DNA of 64,000 bases from Methanobacteriota archaeon (GTDB lineage: Archaea > Thermoplasmatota > Poseidoniia > Poseidoniales > Poseidoniaceae). Both the position numbers and the translations under genes were made by a program. The notes beneath the pieces were generated by a model, which was not told where the DNA came from, did no database searches, and saw only the letters and a program-made list of their open reading frames with translations. Where the stretch lies: assembly GCA_949514915.1 (NCBI GenBank), contig CATFLP010000104.1, positions 2,480 to 66,479 on the forward strand, in the 5' to 3' direction. Shown here piece by piece: positions 61,352-64,000 of the stretch. Positions within the stretch are counted from its first letter, which is position 1; every line of letters starts with the position of its first letter.

Positions 61352-62242
61352 TCAATGTGGCTCCGCAATTCCTTGTACCCATACAATGAATAAATGTACG
61401 ATAATCAATGTTGTAACTACAACTGGTAATATGAATACGTGAATGAAATACATTCTTGTTACTGTTGCACCAGATAATGAAGTCCCTCCAAACATCAATG
61501 TTGCAACTTGTGGGCCTACAAGAGGAGTTGCAGCTGCCATATTTATTCCAATAGTGGCGGCACCAAATGCTAATGCATCCCACGGAAGTAGGTATCCTGA
61601 ATATCCAAAGAAAATTGTGAAAAACATAAGTCCAACACCAATTAACCAATTTAATTCACGAGGGTTTCTATAAGCTCCTGTAAAGTAAACTCTGCACATG
61701 TGTAGGAATACTGAAGCAACCATGAAGTGTGTAGCCCAATGATGGATTGAACGAATGATGTATCCAAATGGTAATTCTAGCATTATGAATTCCATTGATG
61801 CATATGCAGGTGTAGGATCAAGCTCAAGATTTCCACCTGGTACGTAGTAAATACCTAGCACAGTACCAGTTATTACAAGTATTATGAATGCTAAGAATGA
61901 AATTCCTCCAAGACAATAAAGTGGGTACCAATACCAGATAATTTTTAATTTATATTTTTCAGCATGCGTGAGCGGTAATTGTCTGTGCATGGTATAGAAT
62001 GTATCTCTGCTCATAGCCCAATAATCTTGTAATCTAAATCTTGTATCAAGCCATGAGAAAACCCAAAGAAATGATCTTTCTGCTACACCCATTTTTCCAG
62101 ATGATTCTACTGCTCTTAGAATCTCTCTCCTCGGTGTTTGATCATTTTCTTTACGTAGTGTTAATGCTACTAATACACAGACAATCGCTATGAAAACCCA
62201 AAGAACCCAAAACATCGTATTCATCATCATTACCTCAATCAC
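61352..62242 (-). CDS. Cytochrome b, N-terminal (b6-like) half with four heme-ligating His
   Basis: IRSIHHWATHFMVASVFLHMCRVYF, GYSGYLLPW, and the second His pair in RMYFIHVFILP / IVHLFIV. The as-called N-terminus contains an extra TM helix. Confidence 0.85.
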   Translation of the reverse strand: MIEVMMMNTMFWVLWVFIAIVCVLVALTLRKENDQTPRREILRAVESSGKMGVAERSFLWVFSWLDTRFRLQDYWAMSRDTFYTMHRQLPLTHAEKYKLKIIWYWYPLYCLGGISFLAFIILVITGTVLGIYYVPGGNLELDPTPAYASMEFIMLELPFGYIIRSIHHWATHFMVASVFLHMCRVYFTGAYRNPRELNWLIGVGLMFFTIFFGYSGYLLPWDALAFGAATIGINMAAATPLVGPQVATLMFGGTSLSGATVTRMYFIHVFILPVVVTTLIIVHLFIVWVQGIAEPH

Positions 62243-63080
62243 AAAATGTTAACCAGTCTACAAATTCAGTTACACCCTCAATTATTCCTCCATTAATATT
62301 GGCAGGGATTATAGGAATTCCCACTGGCGCTGGACCTCCTACTTTTTTTATTCCTGCAAATTGAAATGTTTGACCTGTTGCACGGTTTCTATTCTCATTT
62401 ACTTCTAGTGCGGTAGGGTCAAATCTACTACTGTGACAAATACAAAATAATTTATTGCCTCCTTCTTCAGTCCCTCCAGGTGCCCAACTATCTTCTGTGA
62501 AATTATTACTCACTAATTGCCATCCCGGAATACAACAAAGATGAGGGCACCTTCCAAAAGAGATTATAATGCCATCATTTGGAGTAATTATTGGATGTTC
62601 TTCTGCTAAATCTTCAAAATGGCCAATATATTTTCCAGTAGCGTCAACCCCCTCACCAAATTGATATCTAGGAACATTTACTTCTAGTGCTTTTGCCTTA
62701 TTCTCATTATGAGGTACATATACTACATTTACAGGAACTCCGTTCCAAATTCCTGATGCTCCTGCCATTCCAGCAACGCTTTTTGAAGCTTCACTAATGA
62801 ATTCATCTAATTTCATTTCTTGTAGGTGTTTTGAACCATACCAAGCATCATCTTCTCTTCCTTTTGCCCAATATTTTACAGCTAAATCTCCACCGCCACC
62901 TCCACCACCAGGCATTAGTACTGCAGCGAAGCCAATAACTCCAAAAGTTGCAGCAAGAACTCCTGCGGCTGTATTAAAACCATAACGTATAAATTGCCTA
63001 CGATCAATTACTGAACCAAGAAGTTCCTTTTTTGCGGTGTTTTTACTTGGAATCTTTAGTTCAAAATCTCTACTCATCAA
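62235..63080 (-). CDS. Rieske [2Fe-2S] protein with twin-arginine (Tat) signal
   Basis: Tat motif DRRQFIRYG plus a hydrophobic anchor; poly-Gly hinge; Rieske boxes CPHLCC and CICHSSRFD. Confidence 0.85.
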   Translation of the reverse strand: MMSRDFELKIPSKNTAKKELLGSVIDRRQFIRYGFNTAAGVLAATFGVIGFAAVLMPGGGGGGGDLAVKYWAKGREDDAWYGSKHLQEMKLDEFISEASKSVAGMAGASGIWNGVPVNVVYVPHNENKAKALEVNVPRYQFGEGVDATGKYIGHFEDLAEEHPIITPNDGIIISFGRCPHLCCIPGWQLVSNNFTEDSWAPGGTEEGGNKLFCICHSSRFDPTALEVNENRNRATGQTFQFAGIKKVGGPAPVGIPIIPANINGGIIEGVTEFVDWLTFCD

Positions 63081-63085
63081 ATCAC

Positions 63086-63547
63086 CTATACTTTGTATTC
63101 ATACCAATCTTTTTCGTGTTTTCTTTTTGAATGTTCTGGAATAAATTTGTTTCTTTCGTGTTTTATTACAATTAAGTCAGGCAGCACCCATTTTTGATAT
63201 ACTATTGCCATAATGATAATTGTACTTAATGACAAGAAAAGATGGTAAGATAATTGTTGTTGGTCCCAACCGTTCATTAATCCATAAGCCATTGTGCCTG
63301 TCCAATAAGTTACCCAAAATATTCCCCATATGAACAATAAGGAAACTAATGCACTACCTCCAGAAGGAGATATTGTTGCTTTAACAATAGTGCCTGGTTC
63401 AGCAGGAGTAAATACGCCATGGTCAACAGCCCTTTGAAAATCTTCCTTTTCAAGATCAACACCTTCTAGTGCTTTTTTGGCATCTTTAATACTTATTTTT
63501 CCAAGTGACACTTCATGTAGTAACTTTTCAAGTAAATCAGTTGCCAT
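63086..63547 (-). CDS. Membrane protein of the bc cluster (CbsB-like by position), unknown function
   Basis: 153 aa with about 3 TM helices, immediately upstream of the Rieske gene on the same strand. Confidence 0.4.
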   Translation of the reverse strand: MATDLLEKLLHEVSLGKISIKDAKKALEGVDLEKEDFQRAVDHGVFTPAEPGTIVKATISPSGGSALVSLLFIWGIFWVTYWTGTMAYGLMNGWDQQQLSYHLFLSLSTIIIMAIVYQKWVLPDLIVIKHERNKFIPEHSKRKHEKDWYEYKV

Positions 63548-64000
63548 TATTGGTCCCCCCTTCTCATATGTTTATATCTTAATTGCAATAAATTGGTTCT
63601 ACCAGTATAAGAATGGCTAAATCCATAACGAAGCATAAATCCAGAAAATATAATCACAATGATTACTGCTCCAAATCCCAGTAATCCCAACCAGTGTGCT
63701 CTAAATTTTGCACCCATGTCGTGTAAATCAACATGTCCTTCATCTGCAGCAGGTGGTTCTATAGCGCCATCTCCTGAAAATATGGCTCTACGAGAATCTA
63801 AAATTTCAGCAGGAGTTTTTTCTGTACTTTCTGGGATGTGGAATGTCACTCTGTTCCACATATCTCCTAAATTAGCATCAGCGCCATTGACGCTGTTTAA
63901 TGAAATCCAAAATGTAACTTTTCCAGTATTTTCCTCTGGAGCAGTCCATGAGATTGTCCATGCACGATTTTCAGATCTTGCCCCTTCTTCAGTATGCGTT
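63547..64000 (-). CDS. Partial ORF (N-terminus beyond the window end): extracytoplasmic domain plus C-terminal TM anchor, first gene of the bc cluster
   Basis: The frame stays open from the annotated Met (63861) to the window edge (...THTEEGARSENRAWTISWTAPEENTGKVTFWISLNSVNGADANLGDMWNRV...). C-terminal TM HWLGLLGFGAVIIVIIFSGFML. Confidence 0.5.
   Translation of the reverse strand, partial: THTEEGARSENRAWTISWTAPEENTGKVTFWISLNSVNGADANLGDMWNRVTFHIPESTEKTPAEILDSRRAIFSGDGAIEPPAADEGHVDLHDMGAKFRAHWLGLLGFGAVIIVIIFSGFMLRYGFSHSYTGRTNLLQLRYKHMRRGDQ

Noticed and set aside
61326-61673. ORFs 61326-61649 (-) and 61443-61673 (+) overlapping cytochrome b
   Set aside because: They are alternate frames of the cytochrome b gene; Cys/Trp-rich nonsense with no motifs.

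Overview
This is an AT-rich (about 35% GC), gene-dense window whose markers point to an archaeon: class I lysyl-tRNA synthetase, aIF2-beta, aTrm56, an XPD helicase and a GfcR-like PRTase regulator. It is probably a marine planktonic euryarchaeote (Marine Group II, MGII-like); that placement is inferred from composition and content, not tested. Most of the window is core metabolism: class I RNR nrdAB, carAB, folP, thiolase, gdhA, asnB, a complete lipoylated 2-oxoacid dehydrogenase operon with lipA and lipB, and a propionyl/methylmalonyl-CoA module. Two regions stand out. The first (31.5-43.6 kb, beside tRNA-Leu) encodes two giant membrane-anchored surface proteins, 997 and 2990 aa. The larger one combines thrombospondin-type-3-like Asp repeats, a transglutaminase-like Cys-His-Asp core, about 2000 aa of beta-sandwich repeats and a DUF4129-like cytoplasmic tail. 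The second (57.9 kb to the window end, all minus strand) is a bc-type respiratory cluster: a Tat-exported Rieske protein, a split cytochrome b, and a 915-aa protein that fuses the PetD-like (PEWY-motif) C-terminal half of cytochrome b to a 2x[4Fe-4S] plus CCG-domain (HdrD/GlpC-like) module. A ferredoxin gene follows it, and a CbsA-like ORF truncated by the window edge lies upstream. I also found two unannotated small ORFs in intergenic gaps, an EF-hand membrane protein, a possibly circularly permuted SGNH hydrolase and several corrected start codons. There is no CRISPR array, rRNA gene, integrase or transposase.
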